From Sphyrna mokarran (taxonomy: Eukaryota), in the NCBI GenBank assembly GCA_024679065.1, contig JAGIQG010000023.1, forward strand, positions 10,044,001-10,108,000: a stretch of DNA of 64,000 nucleotides. The letters are read 5' to 3'. Positions 15,301 to 30,300 of this stretch are shown one piece after another (positions within the stretch are counted from its first letter, which is position 1; each line of letters starts with the position of its first letter). The notes beneath the pieces are model-generated. The model was not told the DNA's origin, did not search any database, and saw only the letters and a list, made by a program, of their open reading frames with translations. The translations under genes and the position numbers were made by a program.

Positions 15301-18300
15301 AAAGCAGATATTCATAATAGCAGATTAGTTAGTGACAAGCATTGGAGTGTGACCTGAGATAAACTGTGGATGTTTGCTGAGAGAAAGGAGACTCAAATAT
15401 CTTTCTTAAAATCGAATCTTGACCTGAATTCTCCGATATCAAGCGATCTGCCCTCGCTGCCAGTCGGAATAGGGAATTTGGTGCTCAGCCAAATCTCCAT
15501 TCACAGAAGCAGAACTGGAATATGATAGCTTCAGATGAGTTTTGGGAATTCCAGCCATTGTTTATATTTGTATTAACATTCAAAATTAAGTAACATTAAA
15601 CATTTAGATGCGAGTACTATTTCAAGTCTCGGACCGGGTTTCATGGCCTCAAACAGCCAGACTGGAAATTCCCAACCAAGGTCAACAGACATTCCCGTTG
15701 TCTGCCCCACATCTGCTCCAATACCACGACGGGCAAGGCAGTAAAATTCCAATGGAAGAGTCATCCAAGTGACATGATTTGGGAGGTAGAAGCTTTCTGC
15801 TGTCAGCAATTGAATAATTGTGGAAACTAGCTTGAATAGCTCTTTTTCTATTGAGTCTCTTTGTTTTTGGACTCAGCACGGGAGTCTGACTTCAAGCGTG
15901 GAGGTTTAATGAGTTGAAGAATTTACTACAGGAGAAGAAGTGAGCTGTTGGCGATTATTTGGTGATTGTTCGGGAAGTAGTGAAGATCTATTGTCCAGGC
16001 AACAGAAGCATAGATGGGGTCCTTGCCAACTTGTTAACCAGGACAGCATGGTCCAAGGTGCAATAAATCTGCCCCCATCTCTCTCTGGATCATTACTCTA
16101 TACTTCTGAATTACAATTCCTCCAACATAATTATTGTTCTAACTCCTCTCTAGCTCCCAGACACTGCACTGCTGCAGAGCCTCGGGATATCGGAGCTGTC
16201 AATGTCTCCTCCCAGATAAAGCAGCAATCACACATATTGAACGTAATAGAGAAAATCACTGAGAACAATTTACCGTCAGATATTTGTAGATTTACAGGAA
16301 ATATTGAAAGTAGCCCTGGCTTATCAATACCACAAGTGTACCATCCTGCATCTCCTGGGCGAAGATCCTCCATTGTAACAACAAATAATCCTTGTGTCTT
16401 GTTATCTGTGATCGACATTCTCCCTCGCCGTCCATCTGGATCATCTGATTTTACCAAAACAGAGCACTGACGACTCCAATATTTCACATGTGACTGGGAC
16501 AATTTATCAAAGTGACAAGCGATAGCAATCGCTCTTCCCAAAACTCCTGTTACATTATTTTTTGCCCGCAATGCACTCGGAGCTGAAAAGACAAGAGATC
16601 GAAAATTGATCTCAAAATATTTGTTTCATACAAACAGATACACTTCAATGGGATTCACCATAGTGTTCAGAGAAATGTCTGCAATACATCTCCTAATGCA
16701 ATTGAATACTTCCTTGTTAGAGATCGCTGGGCTTATTGAATGTGTGCTCCCTGTCGATTGATAATGAAACAACTATTTTGATGTAGTATACTAAACCCTT
16801 TATAAAGCACGACCTTGAGAGGTTCCAATAATCTATTAGACCTCGTTGGGATCTGTTGTATTCACTACTGGCACGTGGTTATTGTTTATTTTCATTTTGT
16901 ACAATAAAAGATTAGTTCCTTCACATTGTGCTCCTGGAGTTATTATATTCTCAAAGAGCAATTGTCAGACAACAGATTGTCTGCTCATGATCACATTGCT
17001 CTTCCCATGAGCTCATTGCTTATAAATTGTGCTGAGCTTCCCACATCATAACAAAGGATCGGAATCAGTTCCAGTACTGACCAGAACGGACATTAAAGCT
17101 GTCCTGAAGTTGTGAAAAGTGAAAAATAAATGCAATTCAGTTCTATTAAAATTAATTTGAATGACTAATAGAACTGAACCAGTAAGCATTTCAGACAGAC
17201 ATTAATTTAAAAATTAGTTGAAAATTTGAGGCTTTAATTGATATTTACCAATGTTGCTGATTTGTGTTAAATAACTGCAATCATTCTCTGAAATGTGGAT
17301 CACTGACACAGTAACTATTTTACTGGATTTGTTTCCCTGGTTATTTGAGGCTGTGCAGTAATATTGATGATGTTGCTGTGTGAAGGATTGACAATCTAGA
17401 TCCAGTTTATTGGTGTCAGAGATCTTTGAATCTTCAGACGGAGTTTTTTCATACCATGTGTATCGAATGGGAAGTGATCCCTGGACAGACTCACAGGAGA
17501 TGGACACTGAGCCCCCAGAACATGAGGCATTTGGTGGTGATAAAAATTCAAGTTCAGGGACAGACACGGGTTCTGTGGGAACAAAAACAATTATTAACGG
17601 ATCTTTACAGTAATTTCATTGCAGTGTTAATGTACGTTTGCTTGTGACTCAAATAAAGATTTAACTATCAACTTTAAAACTTTAAACTTTAGAATGACCA
17701 AAATATTAAATAGTTCAATATTAACAGTATTTTTCTAACTCACCCAGGATTTGAGAAGAGAAGAAGAGAGAGAGAGATTGCAGTAGGAATTGGCCAAATA
17801 TAGGTAGTACCTATTGATTGCTCTCATGGAAAGCAGATGCTCATGATAGCAGATTAGTTAGTGACAAGCATTGGAGTGTGACCTGAGATAAACTGTGGAT
17901 GTTTGCTGAGAGAAAGGAGACTCAAATATCTTTGTTAAAATCGAATCTTAACCTGAATTCTCCGATATCGAGCGATCCGTCCTTGCTGCCAGTTCGAATA
18001 GGGAATTTGGTGCTCAGCCAAATCTCCATTGACAGCAGCAGGACTGGATAATTCCAGCTGTGGATGAGTTTTGGGAATTCCAGTCATTGATTGTATTTGT
18101 ATTAACATTCAAAATTAAGTAACATTGAACATTTAGATGTGAGTACTATTTCAAGTCTAGGGCAGAGTTTTATGGCTCAAACAGACAGACTGGAAATTCC
18201 CAACCAAAGTCAACAGACATTTCCGTTGTCTGCCCCACATCTGCTCCAATACCACGATGGGCAAGGCAGTAAAATTCCAATGGAAATATCATCCAAAGGA

Positions 18301-21300
18301 CATGATTTGGGAAATAGAAGCTATCTGCTGTCAGCAACTGAATAATTGGGGAAACTGGTTTGAACTGCTCATTTTGTGTTGAGTCTCTTTGTTTTTGGAC
18401 TCAGCACTGGAGTCTGACTTCAACCAATGTGGAGGTTTAATGAGTTGAAGAATTTACTACAGGAGAGGAAGTGAGATGTTGGCGATTATCTGGTGATTAT
18501 TCGGGAAGTAGTGAAGATCTGTTGTCCAGGCATGGGAAGCATAGATGGGGTCCTTGCCAACTTGTTAACCAGGAGCGCATGGTCCAAGGTGCAATAAATC
18601 TGCCCCCATCTCTCTGGATCATTACTCGGAACCTCTGAATTACAATTCCTCCAAAATAATCATTGTTCTAACTGCCCCCTAACTCCCAGACACTGCACTG
18701 CTGCAGAGCCTCGGGATATCAGAACTGTCAATGTCTCCTCCCAGATAAAGCAGCAATCAGACATATTGAGCCTAATAGATAAAATCACTGAGAACAATTT
18801 ACCATCAGATATTTGTAGCTTTACAGGAAATATTGAAAGTAGCCCTAGCTTATCAATACCACAGGTGTACCATCCTGCATCTGCTGGGCGAAGATCCTCC
18901 ATAGTAACAACAAATAACCCTTGTGTCTTGTTATCTGTCATTGACATTCTCCCTCGCCGTCCATCTGGATCATCTGATTTTACCAAAACAGAGCACTGAT
19001 GACTCCAATATTTTACATGTGACTGGGACAATTTATCATAGTGACAATCGATAGCGATCGCTCTTCCCAAAACTCCTGTTACATTATTTTTTGCCCGCAA
19101 TGCACTCGGAGCTGAAAAGACAAGAGATCAAAAATTGAACTCAAAATATTTGTTTCATACAAACAGGTACACTTCAATGGGATTCACCACAGTGTTCAGA
19201 GAAAAGTCTGCGATACATCTCCTAATGCAATTGAATACTTTCTTGTTAGGGGTCGTTGGGCTTATTGAATATGTGCTCCCCGTGGATTGATAATGAAACA
19301 ACTATTTTGATGTAGTATACTAAACCCTTTATAAAGCAAGATCTTGAGAGGTTCTAATATTCTATTAGACCTTGTTGGGATCAAATATATTCACTGCAGG
19401 CATGTGGTTATTGTTTATTTTCATTTTGTACAATAAAAGATCAGTTCCTTCATATCCTGCTCCTGGAGTTATTGTATTCTCAAACAGCATTTGTTAGATA
19501 ACAGATTGTCTGCTCATGATCACATTGCTCTTCCCATGAGCTCATTGCTTATAAATTGTGCGGAGCTTCCCACATCATAACAAAGGCTCGGAATCAGTTC
19601 CAGCACTGACCAGAATGGACTTTAAAACTGTCCTGAAGTTGTGAAAAGTGAAAAATATATGCAATTCAGTTCTGTTAAAATTAATTTGAATGACTAATAG
19701 AACTGAACCAGTAAGCATTTCAGACAGACATTAATTTAAAAATTAGTTGAAAATTTGAGGCTTTAATTGATATTTACCAAAGTTGTTGATTTGTGTTAAA
19801 TAACTGCAATCATTCTCTGAAATGTGGATCACTGACACAGTAACTGTTTTACTGGATTTGTTTCCCTGGTTATTTGAGGCTGTGCAATAATATTGATGAT
19901 GTTGCTGTGTGAAGGATTGACAATCTAGATCCAGTTTATTGGTGTCAGAGATCTTTGAATCTTCAGACGGGGTTTTTTCATACCATGTGTATCGAATGGG
20001 AAGTGATCCCTGGACAGACTCACAGGAGATGGACACTGAGCCCCCAGAACATGAGGCATTTGGTGGTGATAAAAATTCAAGTTCAGGGACAGACACGGGT
20101 TCTGTGGGAACAAAAACAATTATTAACGGATCTTTACAGTAATTTCATTGCAGTGTTAATGTATGTTTGCTTGTGACTCAAATAAAGATTTAACTATCAA
20201 CTTTAAAACTTTAAACTTTAGAATGACCAAAAAATTATATAGTTCTATATTACCAGTATTTCTCTAACTCACCCAGGATTTGAGGAGAGAAGAAGCGAGA
20301 GAGAGATTGCAGTAGGAATTGGCCAAATATAGGTAGTACCTATTGATTGCTCTCATGGAAAGCAGATGCTCATGATAGCAGATTAGTTAGTGACAAGCAT
20401 TGGAGTGTGACCTGAGATAAACTGTGGATGTTTGCTGAGAGAAAGGAGACTTTAATATCTTTCTTAAAATCCAGTCTTGACCTGAATTCTCTGATGTTGA
20501 GCGATCCACACTCGCTGCCTGTTGGTATAGGGAATTTGGTGCTCAGCCAAATCTCCATTGACAGCAGTGGGACTGGATAATTCCAGCTGTGGATGAGTTT
20601 TGGGAATTCCAGTCATTGTTTGTATTTGTATTAACATTCAAAATTAAGTAACATTGAACATTTAGATGTGAGTACTATTTCAAGTTTAGAGCAGAATTTT
20701 ATGGCCTCAAACAGACAGACTGGAAATTCCAAACCAAAGTCAACAGACATTTCCGTTGTCTGCCCCACACCCGCTCCAAAACCACGATGGGCAAGGCAGT
20801 AAAATTCCAATGGAAATACCATCCATAGGACATGATTTGGGAAATAGAAGCTATCTGCTGTCAGCAACTGAATAATTGGGGAAACTGGTTTGAACTGCTC
20901 ATTTTGTGTTGAGTCTCTTTGTTTTTGAACTCAGCACGGGAGTCTGACTTCAACCAATGTGGAGGTTTAATGAGTTGAAGCATTTACTACAGGAGAGGAA
21001 GTGAGATGTTGGCGATTATCTGGTGATTATTCGGGAAGTAGCGAAGATCTGTTGTCCAGGCATGGGAAGCATAGATGGGGTCCTTGCCAACTTGTTAACC
21101 AGGAGAGCATGGTCCAAGGTGCAATAAATCTGCCCCCATCTCTCTGGATCATTACTCGGAACCTCTGAATTACAATTCCTCCAAAATAATCATTGTTCTA
21201 ACTGCCCCCTAACTCCCAGACACTGCACTGCTGCAGAGCCTCGGGATATCAGAACTGTCAATGTCTCCTCCCAGATAAAGCAGCAATCAGACATATTGAG

Positions 21301-24300
21301 CCTAATAGATAAAGTCACTGAGAACAATTTACCATCAGATATTTGTAGCTTTACAGGAAATATTGAAAGTAGCCCTAGCTTATCAATACCACAGGTGTAC
21401 CATCCTGCATCTGCTGGGCGAAGATCCTCCATAGTAACAACAAATAATCCTTGTGTCTTGTTATCTGTCATTGACATTCTCCCTCGCCGTCCATCTGGAT
21501 CATCTGATTTTACCAAAACAGAGCACTGATGACTCCAATATTTCACATGTGACTGGGACAATTTATCATAGTGACAAGCGATAGCGATCGCTCTTCCCAA
21601 AACTCCTGTTATATGATTTTTTGCCCGCAAAGCACTTGGGGCTGAAAAGACAAGAGATCAAAAATTGAACTCAAAATATTTGTTTCATACAACAGATACA
21701 CTTCAATGGGATTCACCACAGTGTTCAGAGAAATGTCTGCGATACATCTCCTAATGCAATTGAATACTTCCTTGTTAGAGATCGTTGGGCTTATTGAATG
21801 TGTGCTCCCCGTGGATTGATAATGAAACAACTATTTTGATGTAGTATACTAAACCCTTTATAAAGCAAGACCTTGAGAGGTTTCAATAATCTATTAGACC
21901 TTGTTGGGGTCTGTTATATTCACTGCAGGCATGTGATTATTGTTTATTTTCATTTTGTACAATAAAAGATCAGTTCCTTCACATCGTGCTCCCGGAGTTA
22001 TTATATTCTCAAACAGCAATTGTTAGATAACAGATTGTCTGCTCATGATCACATTGGTCTTTGTGGGAGCTCTTTGCATATAAATTGTGCTTAGCTTCCC
22101 ACATCAAAACAAAGACTCGGAATCAGTTCCAGCACTGACCAGCGCGGATTTTAAAACTGTTCTGAAGTTGTGAAAAAAGAAAAATAAATGCAATTCAATT
22201 CTATTAAAATTAATTTGAATGACCAATAGAACTGAACCAGTAAGCATTTCAGACAGACATTAACTTAAAAATTAGTTGAAATCTTTGAGGCTTAAATGGA
22301 TATTTACCAATGTTGCTGATTTGTGTTAAATAACTGCAATCATTTTCTGAAATGTGGATCACTGACACAGTAACCATTTCACTGGATTTGTTTCCGTGGT
22401 TATTTAAGGCTGTGCAGTAATATTGATGATGTTGCTGTGTGAAGGATTGACAATCTAGATCCAGTTTATTGGTGTCAGAGACCTTTGAATCTTCAGACGG
22501 AGTTTTTTCATGCCATGTGTATCGAATGGGAAGTGATCCCTGGACAGATTCACAGGAGATGGACACTGAGCGCCCAGAACATGAGGCATTTGGTGGTGAT
22601 AAAAATTCAAGTTCAGGGACAGACACAGGTTCTGTGGGAAAAAAACAATTATTCACAGATTTTTACAGTAATTCATTGCAGTGTAATGTACGTTTGCTTG
22701 TGACTCAAATAAAGATTTAACTATCAACTTTAAAACTTTACACTTTATAATGACAAAAAAATTAAATAGTTTTATATTAGCAGTATTTCTCTACCTCACC
22801 CAGGATTTGAGCAGAGAAGCAGAGAGAGAGAGATGGCACTAGGAACTTGGCCAAATGGATGAGTTTTGGGAATTCCAGTCATTGTTTGTATTTGTATTAA
22901 CATTCAAAATTAAGTAACATTGAACATTTAGATGTGAGTACTATTTCAAGTCTAGAGCAGAGTTTTATGGCCTCAAACAGCCAGACTGGTAATTCCCAAC
23001 CAAAGTCAACAGACATTCCCGTTGTCTGCCCCACACCTGCTCCAATACCACGACGGGCAAGGCAGTAAAATTCAAATGGAAGCATCATCTAAAGGACATG
23101 ATTTGGGAGATAGAAGCTATCTTCTGTCAGCAACAGAATAATTGCGGAAACTGGCTTGAACTGCTCTTATTGTATTGAGTCGCTTTGTTTTTGGACTCAG
23201 CACTGGAGTCTGACTTCAAACAAGTCTGGAGGTTTAATGAGTTGAAGAATTTACTACAGGAGAAGAAGTGAGCTGTTGGCGATTATCTGGTGATTATTTG
23301 GGAAATAGTGAAAATCTATTGTCCAGGCATCGGAAGCATAGATGGGCTCCTTGCCAACTTGTTAACCAGGAGAGTGTGGTCCAAGGTGCAATAAATCTGA
23401 CCCTATCTCTCTGGATCATTACTCTGAACTTCTGAATTACAATTCCTCCAACAAAATCATTGTTCTAACTCCTCTCTAGCTCCCAGACACTGCACTGCAG
23501 CAGAGCCTCGAGATATCGGAGCTGTCAATGTCTCCTCCCAGATAAAGCAGCAATCAGACATATTGAGCGTAATAGAGATAATCACTGAGAACAATTTACC
23601 TTCAGATATTTGTAGATTTACAGGAAATATTGAAAATAGCCCTGGCTGATCAATACCACAGGTGTACCATCCTGCATCTCCTGGGCGAAGATCCTCCATT
23701 GTAACAACAAATAATCCTTGTGTCTTGTTATCTGTCATTGACATTCTCCCTCGCCGTCCATCTGGATCATCTGATTTTACCAAAACAGAACACTGACGAC
23801 TCCAATATTTCACATGTGACTGGGACAATTTATCATAGTGACAATCGATAGCGATCGCTCTTCCCAAAACTCCTGTTACATTATTTTTTGCCCACAATGC
23901 ACTCGAGGCTGAAAAGACAAGAGGTCAAAAATTGAACTCAAAATATTTGTTTAATACAAACAGATACATTTCAATGGGATTTACCACAATGTTCAGAGAA
24001 ATGCCTGCGATACATCTTCTAATGCAATTGAATACTTCCTTGTTAGAGATCATTGGGCTTATTGAATGTGTGCTCCCTGTCGATTGATAATGAAACAACT
24101 ATTTTGATATAGTATACTAAACCCTTTATAAAGCAAGGCCTTGAGACGTTCCAATAATCTTTTAGCCCTCGTTGGGATCTGTTGTATTCACTGCAGGCAT
24201 GTGGTTATTTTTTATTTTCATTTTGTACAAAAAAAAATCAGTTCCTTCACATCCTGCTCCTGGAGTTATTATATTCTCAAACAGCAATTGTCAGATAACA

Positions 24301-27300
24301 GATTGTCTGCTCTTGACCACATTGCTCTTTGTGGGAGCTCTTTGCATATAAATTGTGCTTAGCTTCCCACATCATAACAAAGGATCGGAATCAGTTCCAG
24401 CACTGACCAGAACGGATTTTAAAACTGTTCTGAAGTTGTGAAAAGTGAAAAATAAATGCAATTCAATTCTATTAAAATTAATTTGAATAACCAATAGAAC
24501 TGAACCAGTAAGCATTTCAGACAGACATTAATTTAAAAATTAGTTGAAATCTTTGAGGCTTAAATTGATATTTACCAATGTTGCTGATTTGTGTTAAATA
24601 ACTGCAATCATTCTCTGAAATGTGGATCACTGACACAGTAACCGTTTCACTGGATTTGTTTCCGTGGTTATTTAAGGCTGTGCAGTAATATTGATGATGT
24701 TGCTGTGTGAAGGATTGACAATCTAGATCCAGTTTATTGGTGTCAGAGATCTTTGAATCTTCAGACGGAGTTTTTTCATACCATGTGTACTGAATGGGAA
24801 GTGATCCCTGGACAGACTCACAGGAGATGGACACTGAGCCCCCAGAACATGAGGCATTTGGTGGTGATAAAAATTCAAGGTCAGGAACAGACACGGGTTC
24901 TGTGGGAAAAAGACTATCATGAATGGATTTTCACAGTATTTTCATTGCAGTGTTAATATACATTTGCTTGTGACTCAAATTAAATAAATATTGAACTTTC
25001 AACTTTAAAACTTTAAACTTTAGAATGACCAAAACATTAAATAGTTTCATATTTCTCCACCTCACCCAGGATATGACGAGGAAGAGAAAGTGTTAGAGAG
25101 AGAGACAGACAGAGAGAGAGAGACAGAAAGAGAGAAAGAAGGCAGTAGGAGCTTGGCCAAGTGCAAGTAGCGTAGATGAGGTCTTTGACAATTTGTTAAC
25201 CAGGAGACTGTGGTCGAAGGTGCCCATCTCTCTGGATCATTTCTCTGAGCCTCTACATCACAATTCCTCTGTTAAAAAGCCTGAGAGCACCATTTTAAAT
25301 TCCAACCAGTTTATTTGATAGTAAACCCATAAGCTTTCGGAAACACTGTTCCTTCATCAGGAACCTTCCACACACCGGACAAAGGAACAGTGTTTTCAAA
25401 TGCTTGTGGGTTTACTATCAAATAAACTGATTGGACTTTAAACTGGTGTTGCGAGACTTTTTACTGTGTTTACCCCAACCCAACGCTGGTACCTCCACAT
25501 CATTACAATTCCTTCAACCGAATCATTGTTCTAACTGCCCTCTAGCTGCCAGACTCTGCACTGCCACGAAGCCTCCAAACGTTGGAGCTGTCATTGTCTC
25601 CTCCCTGATAAACACTGATCATTCATTTCAGTTGAGAGTAATAAAGTTAAAATCTGAGAAAAATTTACCGTCAAATATTTGTAGCTTTACAGGAAATATT
25701 GAAAGGAGGCCGGGCTTATCAATACCACAGCTGTACCATCCTGCATCTCCTGGGCGAAGATCCTCCATAGTAACAACAAATAATCCTTGTGTCTTGTTAT
25801 CTGTGATTGACATTCTCCCTCGCCGTCCATCTGGATCATCTGATTTTACCAAAACAGAGCACTGACGACTCCAATATTTCACATGTGACTGGGACAATTT
25901 GCCATAGTGACAATCGATAGTGATCGCTCTTCCCAAAACCCCTGTTACATTATTTTTTGCCCACAATGCACTCGGAGCTGAAAAGACCGAAGGTCAAAAA
26001 TTAAACTGACAATAATTGCTCAATATAAACAGGTATATTTCAATGGTATTGACCATTGTATCAGAGAAATGTCTGCAATACATCTTCTAATGCAATTGAA
26101 TTCTTCCTTGTTTGAGATTGTTGCATTCATTCAAAATGTGCTCCCCGCGGATTGGTAATTGAACAACTATTTTGATGTTGTATACTAAACCCTTTATAAA
26201 GCAAGACCTTGAGAGGTTCCATTAATCTTTTATTCCTGGCTGGGATCTGTTGTATTCATCGTAGGTATGTGGTTATTTTTTATTTTCATTTTGTACAATA
26301 AAAACATGGCATCTTCACCCACCCAAGCTCCCGAGTTATTATATTCTCAAACAGCATTTGTCAAATAGCAGATTGTCAGCTCATGATCACATTGCTCTTT
26401 GAGGGAGCTTATTGCTTATAAATTGATGTTGAGCTTCCTACATTACAACAAAGGCTCTGAATCAGTTCCAGCATTGATCAGAATGGACTTTAAAATGTCC
26501 TGAAGTTATGAACAGTGAAAAATAAATGCAATTCAATTCTACTAAAATTAATTTGAATGACCAATAGAACTAAACCAGTGAGCAATTCAGATAGGCGTTA
26601 ATTTAAAAATTAGTTGAAACTTTTGAAGCTTAAAGTGATATTTACCAATTTGTGCTAAATAACTGCAATCATTCTTTGAAATGTGGATCACTAACACTGT
26701 AACCATTTCACTGGATTTTTCTCCCTGGTTATTTGAGGCTGTGCAGTAATATTGATGATGTTGCTGTGTGAAGGATTGACAATGTAGATCCAGTTTATTG
26801 GTGTCAGAGATCTTTGAATCTTCAGACGGAGTTTTTTCATACCATGTGTATCGAATGGGAAGTGATCCCTGGACAGGCTCACAGGAGATGGACACTGAGC
26901 CCCCAGAACATGAGGCATTTGGTGGTGATAAAAATTCAAGTTCAGGAACAGACACGGGTTCTGTGGGGAAAAAGACAATCATTAATGGATTTTCACAGTA
27001 ACTTCATCAACATCGAAGGCCGAAGGGCCTGTTCTGCGCTGTAATGTTCTATGATCTATGTTCATTGCAGTGTTAATGTATACCTACTTGTGACACAAAT
27101 TAAATAAAGATTGAACTTTCAACATTAAAACTTTAAACTTGACCAAAAAATTAAATAGTTTCATATTTCCAGGATTTCTCCACCTCACCCAAGATGTGAG
27201 GAGGAACAGAAAGTGTTAGAGGGAAAGAGAGAGATATATCAGTGCGAACTTGGCTGAATGCAATTGTATCTTTTGATTGCTCTCACGAATAGCAGATATT

Positions 27301-30300
27301 CATGATAGCAGAATAGTTACGAACAAGCATTGGAGAGTGATAGACTGTGGATATTTGCTGAGAAAACGGAGACTTAAATATCTTTCTGAAAATCCAATCT
27401 TGACCTGAATTCTCTAATATCGAGCGATCTACCACCTGTTAGAATAGGAAATTTGGCACTCAGCCAAATCTCCATTCACAGCAATGGGACTGGATAATTC
27501 CAGCTGTGAACGAGTTTGGTGAACTCCAGCCATTATTTGTAATTGCATTAACATTCAACAGTAAGGACCATTCAACATTTAAGTGTGAATACTATTTCAA
27601 ATCGAGGATGAAGTTTTTTGGCCCCAAATGAGCGAGCCTGGAAAATTCCGCCTAAGGTCAACAGACATTTTCTCTTTTAGCCCCACACCCATTCCAATAC
27701 TGCGGCGGGCAAGGCAGCAAGTATCCTCTCGAGGACATCAGCCAGAGATAGAAGCTATCAGTTGGCAACAACTGAAATAGTTAAATGGGGAAACTGGCTT
27801 GAAATGTTCTTTCTATACTGAATCCGTTTGTTTCTGAACTCAGCACCAAAGCACTTCAACCGAGTATGGAGGCTTAATGAGCCGAAGGAATATACTACAG
27901 GAGGAGAGGTGGTCAAGGTTTATTATCGAAGCATCGGGAGCATTGGTGGGGTCTTTGCCAACTTGTTATCCAGGAGTGTGGTCCAAGATGCAATAAGTCT
28001 GAGCCCATCTCTCTGGATCATTACTCTGAGCTTCTGAATCACAATTCCTCCAACTTAATCATTGTTCTAACTGCCCTCTTGCTGCCAGGCTCTGCACTGC
28101 TGCGGAGTCTCCAGACATCGGAGCTGTCAATGTCTCCTCCCAGATAAAGCACTGATCAGACATTTCACTTGAGAGTAATAAAGATAATCACAGAGAATAA
28201 TTTACCATCAGATATTTGTAGTCTTACAGGAAATATTGAAAGTAGCCCGGACTTAGCAATACCACAGCTGTACCATCCTGCATCTCCTAGGCGAAGATCC
28301 TCCATAGTAACAACAAATAATCCTTGTGTCTTGTTATCTGTGATTGACATTCTCCCTCGCCGTCCATCTGGATCATCTGATTTTACCAAAACAGAGCACT
28401 GACGACTCCAATATTTCACATGTGACTGGGACAATTTGTCATAGTGACAATCGATAGTGATCGCTCTTCCCAAAACTCCTGTTACATTATTTTTTGCCCA
28501 CAATGCACTCGGAGCTGAAAAGACAACAGGTCAAAAATAGAACTGAAAATAATTGTTTAATACAAACGGGTAGACTTCAATAGGATTTACCGCTGTATTC
28601 AGAGAAATCTCTGCAATACATCTTCTAATGCAATTGAATATTTCCTTGTTTGAGATCATTGGAATTATTGAACATTTTTCCTCACAGATTGATAATTAGA
28701 CAACCATATTGAGATTGTACTCATGGATTGATAATTAGACAACCATATTGAGATTGTTTACTAAGCCAATTATAAAGCAAGACCTTGAGAGGTTCCATTA
28801 ATCTGCTGGTCCTAGTTGGGATCTGTTGTGTTCAACTCAGGCATGTGGTTATTGTTTACTTTCATTTTGTACAATAAAAGAACAGTTCCTTCACATCCAG
28901 CTCCTGGATGCGAAGTGTGTCCTCAAGCAGTAATTGTCAGACAGCAGATTGTCTGCTCATGATCACATTGCTCTTGCAGGGAGCTTATTGCTTACAAATT
29001 AGTTGCAGGGTAGAACAGTGGTTAGCACTGTTGCTTCACACCTCCAGAGCCCTGGGTTTGATTCCAGCTTGAGTCACTGTCTGTGTGGAGTTTGCACATT
29101 CTCCGTGTGTCTGCGTGGGTTTCCTTCAGTGGGTGAATCTTCCTTCAGTCCAAATATGTGTGGGTTAGGTTGATTGGTCATGCTAAAAATTGCCCCTTAG
29201 TGTCCTGAGATGTGTAGGTTAGAGGGATTAGTGGGTAAAATATGTAGAGATATGAGGGTGGGATTGTGGTCAGTGCAGATCAATGGGCCAAAGGGCCTCT
29301 TTTTGCACTGCAGGGTTCTATGGTCTATGGCGCTGAGCTTCCTACTTCACAACAACGGCCCTGAATCAGTTCCAGTATTGACCAAAACAGACTTTAAAAC
29401 TGTCCTGAAGTTGTGAAAAGTGATAAATAAATGCAATTCTATTTTTATTAAAATTGCTTTGAACAACCAATAGAACTAAAGCCGCGAGCAATTCAGACAG
29501 ACATTAATTTAAAAAATAGTTGAAATTTTTGAAGCTTAAAGTGACCATTACCAATGTTGCTGATTTGTGTTAAATAACTACAATCATTCTCTGAAATGTG
29601 GATCACTGACACAGTAATCATTTCACTGGATTTGTTTCCCTGGTTATTTGAGGCTGTGCAGTAATATTGATGATGTCGCTGTGTGAAGGATTGACAATGT
29701 AGATCCAGTTTATTGGAGTCAGAGATCTTTGAATCCTCAGATGGAGTCTTTTCATACCATGTGTACTGAATGGGAAGTGATCCCTGGACAGACTCACAGG
29801 AGACGGACACTGAGCCCCCAGAACATGAGGCATTTGGTGCTGGTAGAAATTTAAGTTCAGGAGCAGACACGGGTTCTGTAGGAAAAAGTCAATCATTAAT
29901 GGATTTTCACAGCCACTTCATTGCAGTGTTAATGTAAGCTTGCTTGTGACACTGAGTAAAAAAAAGCTTTAACATTAAACTTTAAATAATTAAACTTCAG
30001 AATGACCACAAAAATTACATAGTTTCATATTACCAGTATCTCTCCACCTCACTCAGGATGTGAAGAGGAAGGGAAAATGTTAGAGAGAGAGAGAGAGAGA
30101 TGGCAGTGGGAAGTTGGCCAAATGCAGGTAGTATCTGTTGATTGCTCTCACAGGCAACAGATATTCATGTTAGCAGATTAGTTAGTAACAAGCATTGGAG
30201 TGTGACCTGAGATAAACTGTGGATGTTTACTGAGAGAACAGAGGCTTAAATATCTTTTCTAAAATCTAATCTTAACCTGAATTCTCCGATATCGAGCGAT

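Noticed and set aside
10268-28402. Recurrent plus-strand ORFs ([11 protein letters not shown]..; [11 protein letters not shown]..) and alternative-frame ORFs ([10 protein letters not shown]..)
   Set aside because: Antisense or shifted-frame shadows of the Ig exons; they recur only because the array repeats
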